Assembly (NCBI GenBank): GCA_036676985.1
Contig: JAKFBU010000061.1
Location: forward strand, 1 to 64,000
DNA: 64,000 nt
From: Candidatus Sericytochromatia bacterium
GTDB lineage: Bacteria; Cyanobacteriota; Sericytochromatia; S15B-MN24; UBA4093
Direction of reading: 5' to 3'
Part shown: positions 52,207 to 62,815 of the stretch, in pieces
How positions within the stretch are numbered: the stretch's first letter is position 1
Layout: each line of letters opens with the position of its first letter
Position numbers and translations under genes: made by a program
Notes under the pieces: model-generated
Told to the model about the DNA's origin: nothing
Database searches by the model: none
What the model saw: the letters and a program-made list of their open reading frames with translations, nothing else

Positions 52207-53556
52207 TTACCGATCGGGCAGGAACCAGGGCAGGATCTCGCCGTAGGGGATCGGGTTGTCGGCGAGGGTGTTGCCGGAGAGGACGAGCCGGGTCTTGCGA
52301 TCGCTGTTCCAGTAGATGGCGGCCTCGCCTTGGCTCGACTGCTGGCAGGTCCGGCGCAGGGTGTTGCCGGTGATGGTCGCGTCGTCGGTGCCGAAGAGGT
52401 AGATGCCGCTCTTGCCGTAGCCCTCGATGAGGTTGCCCTCGATGGTCCAGCCGTCGCAGTTCTGGTTGAGCATCATGGCCCGGCCCGAGCCGTTCCGGAA
52501 GGTGTTGCCGAGGACGGCGTTGCTGCGCGCGGGCGCGTTGGCGCCGTAGCCCTGCAGACCGGTCTCGCCGCCGTCGATCACGTTGCCCTGGAAGAGGCAG
52601 TTGTTGCTCTTGACCAGGGAGAGGCCCATCCGGGCCCCCGTGACCCGGTTGTCCAGGACCTGCACGGCGTCGCCCGCGACCACCTCGATGCCGTACTTGG
52701 GCGGGGTGGGGTTCCAGGCGCCGTTGACCTCGTTGTGCCGGATGACGCCCGCCGAGCCGTCGAAGGAGATCCAGCTCGCGACCTGGTTGTGCTCGACGGT
52801 CCCCGAGCAGTTGCTCCACAGCTCGATGCCGAGGCCCTCGCCGCCCAGCTGGCGGACGTCGTTGCGGGCGACGTAGAGGTTCGTGCAATCGTTGTGGGCG
52901 TTGATGCCCGCGCGGCTGGCCCGCTCGATCCGGTTGTCGGTGATGACGGCGTCCGACGAGCCCCAGCCGAGCGTGATGCCGGTGCCCCACTTGTCGCCCG
53001 CATCACCGATGTCGTGGAGGTAGTTGCCGATGAGCTGGGCCTCGTCCACGTCCTTCTGGAGCTCGATGCCGTGGGCGTCGGCGCCGGTGTTCTTGATCTC
53101 GCAGTTGAACACGCCGAGGCGCGCGGAGTGGGTGGCGACGAAGGCGCGCTGGAGGTTGCCGTTCTCGTTGGCGTCGAGCACCAGGTGGCGGATCGTGACG
53201 TCCGTGCAGTTGGCCGCGTCGAGGATGGTGCGGTTTCCCGCCCCCACGAGCACGGTCTGGCCGGGGACGCCCACCAGGTGGACGTTGCTCTTGAGGAAAA
53301 CCTGGGTCTCGAGCTTGAAGATCCCCTCCGGCAGGTAGAGGATGCCGCCTGCCGGGCCCAGGCGATCGATGGCGTCCTGGAGCTCGGCTCCCGGCGACCA
53401 GCTCAGGGAGACCTGGACCGAGCGCAGGCCGCTCGGCAGCTCGGGGATCCGGATCTCGGTGGCTTCGGCCGCGCTCTCGATCGGCATGAGCCCGGCGTGC
53501 TGGCATCCGAACACCACGAGCCCCAGGCAGACGGTGCCGATGGCGAGTCGTTTCAT
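52207..53556 (-). CDS. Beta-helix lipoprotein paralogue
   Basis: Lipobox VFGC, highly similar to both neighbours. Confidence 0.85.
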   Translation of the reverse strand: MKRLAIGTVCLGLVVFGCQHAGLMPIESAAEATEIRIPELPSGLRSVQVSLSWSPGAELQDAIDRLGPAGGILYLPEGIFKLETQVFLKSNVHLVGVPGQTVLVGAGNRTILDAANCTDVTIRHLVLDANENGNLQRAFVATHSARLGVFNCEIKNTGADAHGIELQKDVDEAQLIGNYLHDIGDAGDKWGTGITLGWGSSDAVITDNRIERASRAGINAHNDCTNLYVARNDVRQLGGEGLGIELWSNCSGTVEHNQVASWISFDGSAGVIRHNEVNGAWNPTPPKYGIEVVAGDAVQVLDNRVTGARMGLSLVKSNNCLFQGNVIDGGETGLQGYGANAPARSNAVLGNTFRNGSGRAMMLNQNCDGWTIEGNLIEGYGKSGIYLFGTDDATITGNTLRRTCQQSSQGEAAIYWNSDRKTRLVLSGNTLADNPIPYGEILPWFLPDR

Positions 53557-53648
53557 GACGTGCCCCTCCTCATCCCTCTCTTGCATGTCACCACAGGCGA
53601 CCCAGGGTTGATAGGCTGGAGCGGCCGAAGATCCCCGGCGGACGCATG

Positions 53649-53688
53649 GCAACAGCCCGCCGGGGTGTGGGACCCGGCGGGCTGTTGC
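53649..53688. terminator. Intergenic hairpin
   Basis: GCAACAGCCCGCCGGG/CCCGGCGGGCTGTTGC. Confidence 0.65.
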
Positions 53689-53700
53689 TTGCCTGCTTGC

Positions 53701-55554
53701 TTAGGGCAGGAACTGGGAGGGGATGTTCGCGTAGTTGGTCTTGTTGTTGCTCAGGGTGTTGCCCGAGAGGACCAGCTTGGTCTTGCGATCGCTGTTCCAG
53801 TAGATGGCCGCCTCGCCGCTCGAGGTCGTCTGGCCCGTGTAGGCGATGGTGTTGTTGGTGATGGTGATGTCGTCCGTGCCGTAGATGTAGATGCCGCTCT
53901 TGCCGACGTGATCGATGGTGTTGCGGTCGATCTTCCAGCCGTCGCAGTTCTGGTTGAGCATCAGGGCCCGGCCCGACATGTTCTTGAAGGTGTTGCTGAT
54001 GAGCTGGTTGTACTTGGCGGGCGAGGTGGCGCCGTAGCCCTGCAGACCGGTCTCGCCGCCGTCGATCACGTTGCCCTGGAAGAGGCAGTTGTTCGACTTG
54101 TCGATGGAGATGCCCATCCGGGCGGCCGTGACCCGGTTGTTGAGGACCTTCACGCCGTCACCCGAGACCACCTCGATGCCGTACTTGGGCGTGGTGGGGT
54201 TCCAGGTGCCGTTGACCTCGTTGTTCTGGATGACGCCCGACGCTCCGTCGAAGGAGATCCAGCTCGAGACCTTGTTGTTCTCGACGGTCCCCGAGCAGTT
54301 GCTCCACAGCTCGATGCCGAGGCCCTCGCCGCCCAGCTTGCGGACGTCGTTGCGGGCGACGTAGAGGTTCTTGCAGTCGTTGTGGGCGTTGATGCCCGCG
54401 CGGCTGGCGTTCTCGATGCGGTTGTCGGTGATGACGGCGTCCGACGAGTCCCAGCCGAGGGTGATGCCGGTGCCCCACTTGTCGCCCGCGTTGCCGACGT
54501 CGTGGATGTAGTTGCCGATCAGCTTGGCGTGGTCGACGTTCTTCTGGAGCTCGATGCCGTAGGCGTCGGCGCCGGTGTTCTTGATCTCGCAGTTGAACAC
54601 GCCGAGCCGGACGGCGTTGGTGGCGACGAAGGCGCGCTGGAGGTTGCCGTTCTCGTTGGCGTCGAGCACCAGGGTGCGGATGGTGGCGTCGGTGGTGTTG
54701 GCGCCGTCGAGGATGGTGCGGGTGCCGGCGCCCTTGAGGATGGTCTGGCCGGCGACGCCCACCAGGTGGACGTTGCTCTTGAGGTAGACCTGGGTCTCCA
54801 TGTTGTAGGTGCCCGCCGGGATGTTGATGATGCCGCCGGTGCTGGCGAGGCCGTTGATGGCCTTCTGCAAGTTCGCGCCGGGCGTGCTGCCCATGGTGAC
54901 GGTCATCGTCTTGAGGCCGCTCGGCAGGGCCGGGATCGCGGTGCTCGGCGCGGTGGTCGGAGCCGGGGTGGGGCTGGTGGTCGGACGCGGGGTCGCCGTG
55001 GGGGCGGTGGTCGGAGCCGGCGTGGGCAGCGGCGTGGTCACGATGTCGCCGTCGTCGATGATGATGCCGACGCCCACGTTGCCCGTGCCGGGATCGACCT
55101 GGGTCGGGGCCAGCTTGATCTGCACCGAGACCGAGGTGAGCTGGCCCGCGATGATGGCGACGCCCGTCTTGGTGGTGGTGCCGATGACGGCGCCCGCCGC
55201 GTCGAGGCACTCGACCTTCACGGCGATCGTGCCCTCGGGGATGCTCTTGAAGCTCAGGTTGGCGGAAGGGGGGTAAGCGGCCGTCTGCGTCTGGGCCGTG
55301 GTCAAAGGACCGCCCGAGAGGGTGACGCGCAGCTGTTTGATGTCGGCCTTGGTGGCATTGGTCTGGTAGCCCTGCTGGAAGCTGAGCGAGAGGGCACCGC
55401 GATCCATGCGCTGCTCGACGCCGTCGCCGGAGAGGCCGGGGCCCAAAGGAGAGGGCATGCCGCAGCCGATCAGCGTCAGGCTGCATGCGAAGAGGAGGGC
55501 CGTACCGGTGACCGTCAGGCGGCGGGTGGGCTTGAAGGGAGAGCGGAAAGACAT
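53701..55554 (-). CDS. Beta-helix lipoprotein paralogue with an extra N-terminal domain and Pro/Thr linker
   Basis: Lipobox LIGC, PT-rich linker and the same beta-helix. Confidence 0.85.
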   Translation of the reverse strand: MSFRSPFKPTRRLTVTGTALLFACSLTLIGCGMPSPLGPGLSGDGVEQRMDRGALSLSFQQGYQTNATKADIKQLRVTLSGGPLTTAQTQTAAYPPSANLSFKSIPEGTIAVKVECLDAAGAVIGTTTKTGVAIIAGQLTSVSVQIKLAPTQVDPGTGNVGVGIIIDDGDIVTTPLPTPAPTTAPTATPRPTTSPTPAPTTAPSTAIPALPSGLKTMTVTMGSTPGANLQKAINGLASTGGIINIPAGTYNMETQVYLKSNVHLVGVAGQTILKGAGTRTILDGANTTDATIRTLVLDANENGNLQRAFVATNAVRLGVFNCEIKNTGADAYGIELQKNVDHAKLIGNYIHDVGNAGDKWGTGITLGWDSSDAVITDNRIENASRAGINAHNDCKNLYVARNDVRKLGGEGLGIELWSNCSGTVENNKVSSWISFDGASGVIQNNEVNGTWNPTTPKYGIEVVSGDGVKVLNNRVTAARMGISIDKSNNCLFQGNVIDGGETGLQGYGATSPAKYNQLISNTFKNMSGRALMLNQNCDGWKIDRNTIDHVGKSGIYIYGTDDITITNNTIAYTGQTTSSGEAAIYWNSDRKTKLVLSGNTLSNNKTNYANIPSQFLP

Positions 55555-55919
55555 GAGGGTGAATCGTCCTTTCTTGGAGACTTCCGCGCGGCCCGGGGGC
55601 CGGGTGCGGGACCGTGCCAGAAAGGGGCACGGCGGGACCTCGCGGGAGGTCCGTGACGCTCTTGCGTCCTTTGATGCCCACATCATAGGCGGGGGCGGTT
55701 ATCGGGTGGCTAACGCAGCGTGAAGGGAGTATTACTCATCAGTCGCTAGCAGGGTTCTGGCCCCGGCGCGCCCCCCAGACGCGCTCTGGGGGCCATTTTC
55801 TCGGCCTGGGCTCAAACGGACCGCGCCCCCGCCAATCGGCGGGGGCGCGGGGTCGATCGGGGCGTCCTCAGGGGGCTCTCCCCCGCGGGGCGTGATGCAC
55901 CAAGGATTCGATATTTATC

Positions 55920-55948
55920 TTTACAAAGTTTTGTGAATCACCTATCAT
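55920..55948 (+). promoter_or_regulatory. Sigma70-like promoter of polysaccharide export genes
   Basis: TTTACA, 17-bp spacer, TATCAT, within an AT-rich patch. Confidence 0.6.
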
Positions 55949-56118
55949 CACAACCGAGCAAGCTCATGGACCCCTCACGCCGCAGGGACCTCCCGCGCCA
56001 TCATCCGCGCCGTTACGAGCTAGAACCAGCGACAACCCCGCCCCGTTCCCGGGCCCTCCGAGGCCCGCTTCGAGGGCTGCGTCCCGTTGTCGCTGTCAAT
56101 GAGGAAAGGGGCACCACC

Positions 56119-58566
56119 GTGAAACACGTCCTGGTCGTCTTGGCGACTTCCTGGGGCCTCTTGGCGGCCCAGCCCGTCGCCTTCGCCGAAACCTACACCT
56201 TGCCTGGCCGAGCCGACGAGGCCTCCGGCAGCGTCACCATCGCTCCGCACGTCTTGCAGCAGCTCTCTGCCGAGCAGCAGCAGCTCGTCCAGCGCCGGCT
56301 CACGGAGGTGCGCGCTCCCGAAGCACCCCCGGCCGCCGCTCCTCCGAGCGGGGACCTCTCCGACTTCGAGCGCATGCTGGCCCAGCGTCAGTATGATCCC
56401 ATCTCGACCCGCCTCAAGCAATACGGCTACGACCTCTTCAACGAGACGCCCTCCACCTTCGCGCCGGTGGACGATCTGCCCGTGCCCGACGACTACGTGG
56501 TCGGCCCCGGCGACGAGATCATGGTGAGTGCCGTCAGCCCCCGCCGCAACGCGGAAAACACGCTCACGGTCGCCCGCGACGGCACCATCTTCTACCCCAA
56601 CATCGGCACCCTGACGGTGGCCGGCATGAGCTACGCGCGTCTGGTGAGCTTCCTCGGCCAGCAGATCAAGGGCGAGGCGAGCCAGATGCAGCTCACCGTG
56701 CGCATGGGCAAGCTTCGGAGCATCAAGGTGTTCGTGGTGGGCCGGGTCAAGAAGCCCGGGGCCTACACCGTGAGCTCCCTGTCCAGCCTCTCGAACGCGC
56801 TGTTGAGCTGCGGCGGACCGACCAAGGCCGGGAGCCTGCGCGACATCCAGCTCAAGCGTCACGGCAAGACCGTCGCCCGCTTCGACTACTACGACCTGCT
56901 CATGCAGGGCGACAGCTCCAAGGACCTGCGCCTGCAGGCCGGGGATGTCATCTTCATCCCGCCCACCGGTCCCCAGGTCGCCGTGGCGGGCAACGTCAAG
57001 AGTCCCGCCATCTACGAGCTCAAGGGTACGAGCACCCTCGCCGACGTCCTGCAGCTCGCGGGCGGCATCGCGCCCACGGGCTACACCCAGCAGGTCCAGA
57101 TCGAGCGCTTCGACGAGAACCGCGCCCGCAAGGTGCTGGACGTGAACATCGATCGCCTCCAGACGGCGGGCACCATGACCCTCCAGGACGGCGACCTCCT
57201 CAAGGTCTTCCCCGTCAGCACCAAGCTGCGCAACGCGGTCTTCCTGGAGGGCAACGTCGAGCGTCCGGGCCAGTACGAGTTCCGTCCCAACCTGCGCCTG
57301 CGCGACGTGATCCGGAGCGATCGCGACCTCAAGCCCGAGAGCTACATGGAGCTTGGCATGATCGAGCGGGTCACCCCGCCGGACGACCACATCGAGCTCA
57401 TCCCCTTCCACCTGGGCAAGGCGCTCGCGGGTGATGCCACCGAGAACAAGCGGCTCAGCCCCGAGGACCGGATCCGGATCTACTACCGCTGGGACATCCA
57501 GGAGCTCCCCAAGGTCCGGGTGGCCGGTGCGGTCAACCGGGGCGGCGAGTTCCAGCTGCGGCCCCGCATGACCGTCAGCGATCTCATCCACCTGGCGGGC
57601 GGTCTGCTGGATCAGGCGGACCTCTCCAAGGCGGAGCTCACCCGGGTGCGGATCATCGACAACAAGGCCGTCAGCCAGCGGCTCGAGGTGGATCTGCAGC
57701 GGGCCCTGCGCGGGGAAAAGGGCGCCAACGTCGCCCTGGAGAAGGGAGACTACCTCCTCATCCGCCCTGTAGCCGACTACAAGCGCTTCCGCACCGTCAC
57801 GCTCATGGGCGAGATCGCCCAGCCGGGCGTCTACACCTTCCGCGACGGCGAGACGCTCACGGACGTCATCCAGCGCGCCGGGGGCTACACCGCGCGGGCC
57901 TACCTCAAGGGCGCCATCTTCACCCGTCAGTCGGTCAAGCGCCTCCAGGAGGAGCGCCTCCAAGAGTTCGCCGATCGCCTGAGCGAGAACCTCTACCGCC
58001 AGTCGGCCCAGCAGGCGGCCACGGCCCTGTCGTCGGACGCGGCCCGCAGCAACTCCGAGGCCATGAGCGCGCGTCGCGCCCTGGTGGAGAGCCTCAAGCA
58101 GACCAAGGCCTCCGGGCGCATGATCGTCGCGCTCGACAAGCTCAACCAGAAGCCGCACTCCACTTTGGACGTGCAGCTCGAGGAAGGTGACACGCTCGTC
58201 GTGCCCTCGCTCATCAACTCGGTCTCGGTGCTCGGCCAGGTCTACAACCCGACGGCCGTCACCTTCGAGCCTGGCCGGACCCTGGGCGACTACCTCGCCA
58301 AGACCGGCGGCACCACCCAGAGCGCCGATCAGGGCTCCATCTACGTGGTCCGGGCGGACGGCTCGGTCCTGACCGACCAGAACGTCGGCGGCTGGTGGCC
58401 GTTCCGGCGGGGCATCCGCGGGGCGGTCCTCGAGCCGGGCGACACGGTCATGGTCCCCGAGCGGCTGGCCGTCGACACCTCGATCCGCGACATCCGCGAC
58501 ATCACCCAGATCCTGTTCCAGATCGCGACCACGGCGGCCCTCACCTGGAGCATCGTGACGAAGTAG
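56119..58566 (+). CDS. Polysaccharide export protein with multiple SLBB domains (Wza/KpsD-like)
   Basis: YGYDLF, DYVVGPGDEI, and repeated V.G.V..PG.Y and AGG motifs. GTG start. Confidence 0.9.
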   Translation: MKHVLVVLATSWGLLAAQPVAFAETYTLPGRADEASGSVTIAPHVLQQLSAEQQQLVQRRLTEVRAPEAPPAAAPPSGDLSDFERMLAQRQYDPISTRLKQYGYDLFNETPSTFAPVDDLPVPDDYVVGPGDEIMVSAVSPRRNAENTLTVARDGTIFYPNIGTLTVAGMSYARLVSFLGQQIKGEASQMQLTVRMGKLRSIKVFVVGRVKKPGAYTVSSLSSLSNALLSCGGPTKAGSLRDIQLKRHGKTVARFDYYDLLMQGDSSKDLRLQAGDVIFIPPTGPQVAVAGNVKSPAIYELKGTSTLADVLQLAGGIAPTGYTQQVQIERFDENRARKVLDVNIDRLQTAGTMTLQDGDLLKVFPVSTKLRNAVFLEGNVERPGQYEFRPNLRLRDVIRSDRDLKPESYMELGMIERVTPPDDHIELIPFHLGKALAGDATENKRLSPEDRIRIYYRWDIQELPKVRVAGAVNRGGEFQLRPRMTVSDLIHLAGGLLDQADLSKAELTRVRIIDNKAVSQRLEVDLQRALRGEKGANVALEKGDYLLIRPVADYKRFRTVTLMGEIAQPGVYTFRDGETLTDVIQRAGGYTARAYLKGAIFTRQSVKRLQEERLQEFADRLSENLYRQSAQQAATALSSDAARSNSEAMSARRALVESLKQTKASGRMIVALDKLNQKPHSTLDVQLEEGDTLVVPSLINSVSVLGQVYNPTAVTFEPGRTLGDYLAKTGGTTQSADQGSIYVVRADGSVLTDQNVGGWWPFRRGIRGAVLEPGDTVMVPERLAVDTSIRDIRDITQILFQIATTAALTWSIVTK

Positions 58567-58575
58567 GGGGACAAG

Positions 58576-59763
58576 ATGCAAGAGTACAAAGTCAACAGCC
58601 CTACCACCGCTCCAACGGTGGACGAGATCGACCTGCGCTCCACCGGCCGCACCCTCTGGGAGCGAAGGCGCATGATCGGGGCGATCGCCCTCCTGGGCAC
58701 GGCGCTCTCGGTCGCGATCGCCATGGTCCAGCCCAACGTCTACACGGCCGACGCCACGGTCATGCCCATCGACATCAGCTTCGAGCGCCTGAGCCCGGAG
58801 ATGGCGGGCGGCGGTGGCATGGCGGCCCTGCTCTCGCGGGCGGGGATCGGCCGGGACGGCACGGTCTCGGACAAGCTGGTCGCCCTCCTCAAGTCCCGCA
58901 GCGTCACCGAGGCCGTGCTCACCAAGCACCGACTCTTGCCGGCGGTGGTGGGCGAGGTGAAGGCGGGCCATGAGCAGAGCGCGCTCGGCGCGGCCTTCAC
59001 GGTGCTGGACAAGACGGTCCAGGCCAAGCCCGATCCCCTCTCCGGCTTGATCCACATCTCGGCCAACCACCAGAGCGCGGAGGTCTCCGCCGCCCTGGCC
59101 AACGCCTACATCGAGGAGCTCGCGCTCTTCCTCAACGACAACTCCCTGACCTCGACCCGGCGCAAGCGCGAGTTCCTCGAGGAGAAGGTCCGGACCGTCT
59201 CCAAGGACGTCGAGCGCCTGCAGGCGCAGCTCGTCTCCTTCCAGGAGGAGAAGAACCTCATCGCCCTGGATACCCAGACGCAGTCCATGGTCCAGTCCTT
59301 CATGACCCTCAAGAGCCAGCTGCTCACCAAGCAGATGGAGGTGGCGCTGCAGGCCAAGTCCGTCTCGGCGAACGACATCCAGCTGCTCGGGCTCCGGCAG
59401 GAGGTCGAGCAGCTCAAGGACAGCCTCAAGGCCATGGAGTCGGGGGCCGCGGGGGGCATGTTCGCCCTCAAGGACCTGCCGAAGATGGGAGCCCAGCTGA
59501 CCCAGCTGCAGCGGGAGCTCGCCTCCAAGCAGAAGGTCTTCGAGCTCTTGAGCGAGCAGCTCGAGCTCTCCAAGATCGAGGAGGCCAAGGAGGCCCTCTC
59601 CTTCCAGGTGATCGATCGAGCCATCGCCCCGGACAAGCCCAGCGGGCCCAAGCGCCCCTTCCTCATGGTCGCAGGGGCGGTGATCTCGCTGCTGCTCGGC
59701 ATGTTCGTGGCCCTGGTGGCCGGCAAGCCGCGGCGATCGCTTGCCGAGTACGACGCCATCTAG
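58576..59763 (+). CDS. Wzz/GNVR chain-length determinant
   Basis: DEIDL, two TM segments, coiled coil and VIDRA..P.KPSGPK. Confidence 0.88.
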   Translation: MQEYKVNSPTTAPTVDEIDLRSTGRTLWERRRMIGAIALLGTALSVAIAMVQPNVYTADATVMPIDISFERLSPEMAGGGGMAALLSRAGIGRDGTVSDKLVALLKSRSVTEAVLTKHRLLPAVVGEVKAGHEQSALGAAFTVLDKTVQAKPDPLSGLIHISANHQSAEVSAALANAYIEELALFLNDNSLTSTRRKREFLEEKVRTVSKDVERLQAQLVSFQEEKNLIALDTQTQSMVQSFMTLKSQLLTKQMEVALQAKSVSANDIQLLGLRQEVEQLKDSLKAMESGAAGGMFALKDLPKMGAQLTQLQRELASKQKVFELLSEQLELSKIEEAKEALSFQVIDRAIAPDKPSGPKRPFLMVAGAVISLLLGMFVALVAGKPRRSLAEYDAI

Positions 59764-59865
59764 ACGCCCCAGGAACGCGAGAGGCCGGACGCACGTCCGG
59801 CCTCTCTTCGTGCCCAGCAAACGAGGCGGCGGGTCATCGACCCGCCGCCTCGATCCGTGCTCGCC

Positions 59866-60615
59866 TCAGGGGTTGCGCAGGCCCAGCTGCCGGAAGGCCA
59901 GCCACATGAAGGGCAGGTTGGTCCGCCAGTAGCGCTTGAAGAGGCGCCGCGGCTCCTGGCCCAGGCGGTAGAGCCACTCGAGCCCGGCGTCGCGCATCCA
60001 CTGGGGCGCCATGGTCTGGGTGCCCGCGTAGACCGGAAAGGCCGCTCCGAGGCCGATGAGCACCGCCGGCAACCGGTCGCGGTGGGTCTCCATCCAGCGC
60101 TCCTGCTTGGGGCAGCCGAGGGAGACCAGCACGAGCTGGGCCCCGCTCGAGCGGATCCGCTGCACGAGCTCCGTGTCCTCCTCGTCGGTGAGGGGCCTGA
60201 AGGGCGGCGACTCCATGCCCGCGATCCGCAGCCCGGGACACTCGATCGCCAGACGCTCGCGCATGCGCGCGAGCGTCTCGGTCGTCGAGCCCAGGAAGAA
60301 GACCGCGAGATCCCGCTCGGCTGCCAGCCGGCAGAGCCTGGGGAGCATGTCCATGCCCGCCACCCGATCCTGCTCGGGAGCGCCCAGGCGCCGCATCATC
60401 CAGACGAGCGGGGTCCCGTCCGGCGTGACCATGTCCGCCTTCTGGAGCAGGCCCCCGAAGCCCTCGTCCCAGCGGGCCTCCATGAGCATGTGGACGTTGG
60501 CGACGCAGACCATGCGGCGCTCGCGCGCCTCGGCCCACGTGAGGATGGTCTCGAGCTGCTCGGCCGAGCGCATGGCCGTGACCGGCGAGCCCACGACGTT
60601 GATGCTAGGCAGCAT
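59866..60615 (-). CDS. WecB/TagA/CpsF glycosyltransferase
   Basis: PDG.PLVW, RVAGMD, LGCPKQE.W and GLEWLYRL.QEPRRL motifs. Confidence 0.92.
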   Translation of the reverse strand: MLPSINVVGSPVTAMRSAEQLETILTWAEARERRMVCVANVHMLMEARWDEGFGGLLQKADMVTPDGTPLVWMMRRLGAPEQDRVAGMDMLPRLCRLAAERDLAVFFLGSTTETLARMRERLAIECPGLRIAGMESPPFRPLTDEEDTELVQRIRSSGAQLVLVSLGCPKQERWMETHRDRLPAVLIGLGAAFPVYAGTQTMAPQWMRDAGLEWLYRLGQEPRRLFKRYWRTNLPFMWLAFRQLGLRNP

Positions 60616-60626
60616 GGGGCCTCCTT

Positions 60627-61574
60627 CTACACCAGAACCCGGGACTCGGCGAGGAAACTCTGGTAGGCGAGCTCGAGGCCCGTTTCCAGGTCCACCCGCG
60701 GCCGCCAGCCCAGGGCCGTCAGGCGCGTGACGTCGAGCAGCTTGCGCGGGGTGCCGTCCGGCATGCTCGGGTCGAAGTCGAGCGTCCCCTCGAAGCCCAC
60801 CACCCGGGCGATCGCCCGGGCCAGGTCCTTGATGGTGACGTCCGCGCCGACCCCCACGTTGATGGGGCCGCCCAGCTGGGCCGCGTCGTAGCGCTGCATG
60901 AGGAAGACGCAGGCGTCGGCCAGGTCGTCGCTGTACAGGAACTCCCGGCAGGGCGTGCCCGTGCCCCAGAGGGTGACGGTCTTGGCGCCGCGGAGCTTGG
61001 CCTCGTGCATCTTGCGGATCAAGGCGGGCAGGACATGGGAGGTCTCGAGGTCGTAGTTGTCGCCCGGGCCGTAGAGGTTGGTCGGCATGACCGCGAGGTA
61101 GTTGGTGCCGTACTGACGGTTGAAGCTCTCGCAGAGCTTGAGGCCCGCGATCTTGGCGATGGCGTAGGCCTCGTTGGTGGCCTCCAAGGAGCCCGTGAGC
61201 AGGTACTCCTCGCGGATGGGCTGCGGGCAGCGCTTGGGGTAGATGCAGCTGGAGCCGAGGAAGAGGAGCTTGCGGACGCCCGTGCGGTAAGAGGCCTGGA
61301 CGAGGCTGTTCTGGATGGCCAGGTTGTCCAGGAGGAAGTCTGCGGGCTGCGAGTTGTTCGCGTGGATGCCGCCCACCTTGGCGGCCGCGAGGAACACGTA
61401 CTCGGGCCGCTCCTCGGCGAAGAAGCGCATGGTGGCCTCGGGGTCCCGCAGGTCGAGCTCCTGGCGGGTCCTGAGCAGTAGGTTCCGGTAGCCTTCCGCC
61501 TCGAGGCGGCGGACCAGGGCGGAACCCACCAGCCCGCGGTGGCCGGCGACGAAGATGCGAGCGGTCTGTTGCAT
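60627..61574 (-). CDS. fcl: GDP-L-fucose synthase
   Basis: [36 protein letters not shown] and PDGTPRK motifs. Confidence 0.95.
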   Translation of the reverse strand: MQQTARIFVAGHRGLVGSALVRRLEAEGYRNLLLRTRQELDLRDPEATMRFFAEERPEYVFLAAAKVGGIHANNSQPADFLLDNLAIQNSLVQASYRTGVRKLLFLGSSCIYPKRCPQPIREEYLLTGSLEATNEAYAIAKIAGLKLCESFNRQYGTNYLAVMPTNLYGPGDNYDLETSHVLPALIRKMHEAKLRGAKTVTLWGTGTPCREFLYSDDLADACVFLMQRYDAAQLGGPINVGVGADVTIKDLARAIARVVGFEGTLDFDPSMPDGTPRKLLDVTRLTALGWRPRVDLETGLELAYQSFLAESRVLV

Positions 61575-61585
61575 GGGGTCTCCTT

Positions 61586-62812
61586 CTAGGCGACGTCAAG
61601 ACGTTGGAGGGCGACGGACTGGCGGTCTTCCTGGTGGCACGCGAGCAGGGCCCCGTAGACCAGCCAGAAGTAGATGGCCACGTAGGGGAACTCCAGGGAT
61701 TGGTTGGTCATCATGAGGACGAGCATTCCCCAGCACGCGAGCGTGAAGCTGGTCGTGAGCAGGGAGGCGCGGCGACGCAGGGTGCCGACGAGCCCCAGGA
61801 CCATGGGGGCGAGGAAGAGGACGATCCCCGGCAGGCCGATGTAGATGAGGATGGTCAGGAGGCCGTTGTGCGGTGGGACGGTCATCAGCTGGAAGGCCCG
61901 GTCGGGCATGTCGATGGTCGAGACCTGGCTGATGATCTTCTCGAATTCCGCGGCGTTGGCGGGCAGGTACTGCACGCCGAACCCCTTGCCGAGAAGGAAG
62001 AGGCCCCGCTCCCAGCTGTCCTGGAGGATCGCGTGCCAGTAGCGGTAGCGCCAGAGGGCGTTGGCGTCCGAGTACTGCTCGTTGGCGCCGGACGCGAAGA
62101 CGGCGACGATGGCGCCCATGAGGACCAGGGGCGCGCGCACCGCCGGAAAGTGCAGGAACATGCTCAGGAAGAGGATGAGGGCCGCCCCCGGCATGAACGA
62201 GGAGTGGCCGTTGAAGCCGGCGACGAGCGCGGTGCCCGCCGCGCCGATGGCGATCTTGGCCCCCAGGGACGGGGCCCGCGTGATCCAGTAGGCGAGGCCC
62301 GTCAGGAACATCAGGGTGGACGTGTAGTCCGTGTTGCCCCCGAAGGGCAAGACGTCGAGGAAGCTCAGGATCATGCCGATCCCGCCCACGGCCGTGGCGC
62401 CCCGGAAGAGCGCCCTGAGGGGCAGCTGCGCGCGGTGGTAGCGGAAGACCACGTACGAGAAGCAGCCTACCGTGGCGTAGAAGATGAAGACGGATTGCCG
62501 GATGATCCAGTAGGCGTTCCGGTCGGCGACCAGCGAGTACACCAGGTACGCGAAGCTCAGCCCGATGAAGAGCCGTAGCCAGGGAACGTTCGGCAGGGCC
62601 AGGCGCTGGGCGAGGCCCGGGGCTACCCCGAACCAGGCGGCGAGCACCGCGAGCTCCGACAGGAAGAGCGGGCCGATGTGGACCTTGTAGAAGGCCTCGC
62701 CGAAATAGGCCTGCCCGATGGCGGCCCCGATCAGGATCCAGAAGCCGACGATCCAGGGCTTGCCATACGGCAGGACGGCGGCACGGAAAGGTAGCGCGTT
62801 GGTCATGGTCAC
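61586..62812 (-). CDS. O-antigen ligase / Wzy-like membrane protein
   Basis: Multiple TM segments, R...W, G.GFG and PHN...L...G..G motifs. Confidence 0.75.
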   Translation of the reverse strand: MTMTNALPFRAAVLPYGKPWIVGFWILIGAAIGQAYFGEAFYKVHIGPLFLSELAVLAAWFGVAPGLAQRLALPNVPWLRLFIGLSFAYLVYSLVADRNAYWIIRQSVFIFYATVGCFSYVVFRYHRAQLPLRALFRGATAVGGIGMILSFLDVLPFGGNTDYTSTLMFLTGLAYWITRAPSLGAKIAIGAAGTALVAGFNGHSSFMPGAALILFLSMFLHFPAVRAPLVLMGAIVAVFASGANEQYSDANALWRYRYWHAILQDSWERGLFLLGKGFGVQYLPANAAEFEKIISQVSTIDMPDRAFQLMTVPPHNGLLTILIYIGLPGIVLFLAPMVLGLVGTLRRRASLLTTSFTLACWGMLVLMMTNQSLEFPYVAIYFWLVYGALLACHQEDRQSVALQRLDVA

Positions 62813-62815
62813 CCC

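Noticed and set aside
55690-56118. JUMPStart/ops element or riboswitch before the polysaccharide genes
   Set aside because: GC-rich hairpins are present, but there is no ops consensus or recognisable aptamer.
5294-59820. Very long antisense or alternative-frame ORFs (for example 5294-8191, 31583-33619, 52330-55656, 56020-59820)
   Set aside because: Shadow ORFs of high-GC3 genes, with no recognisable motifs.
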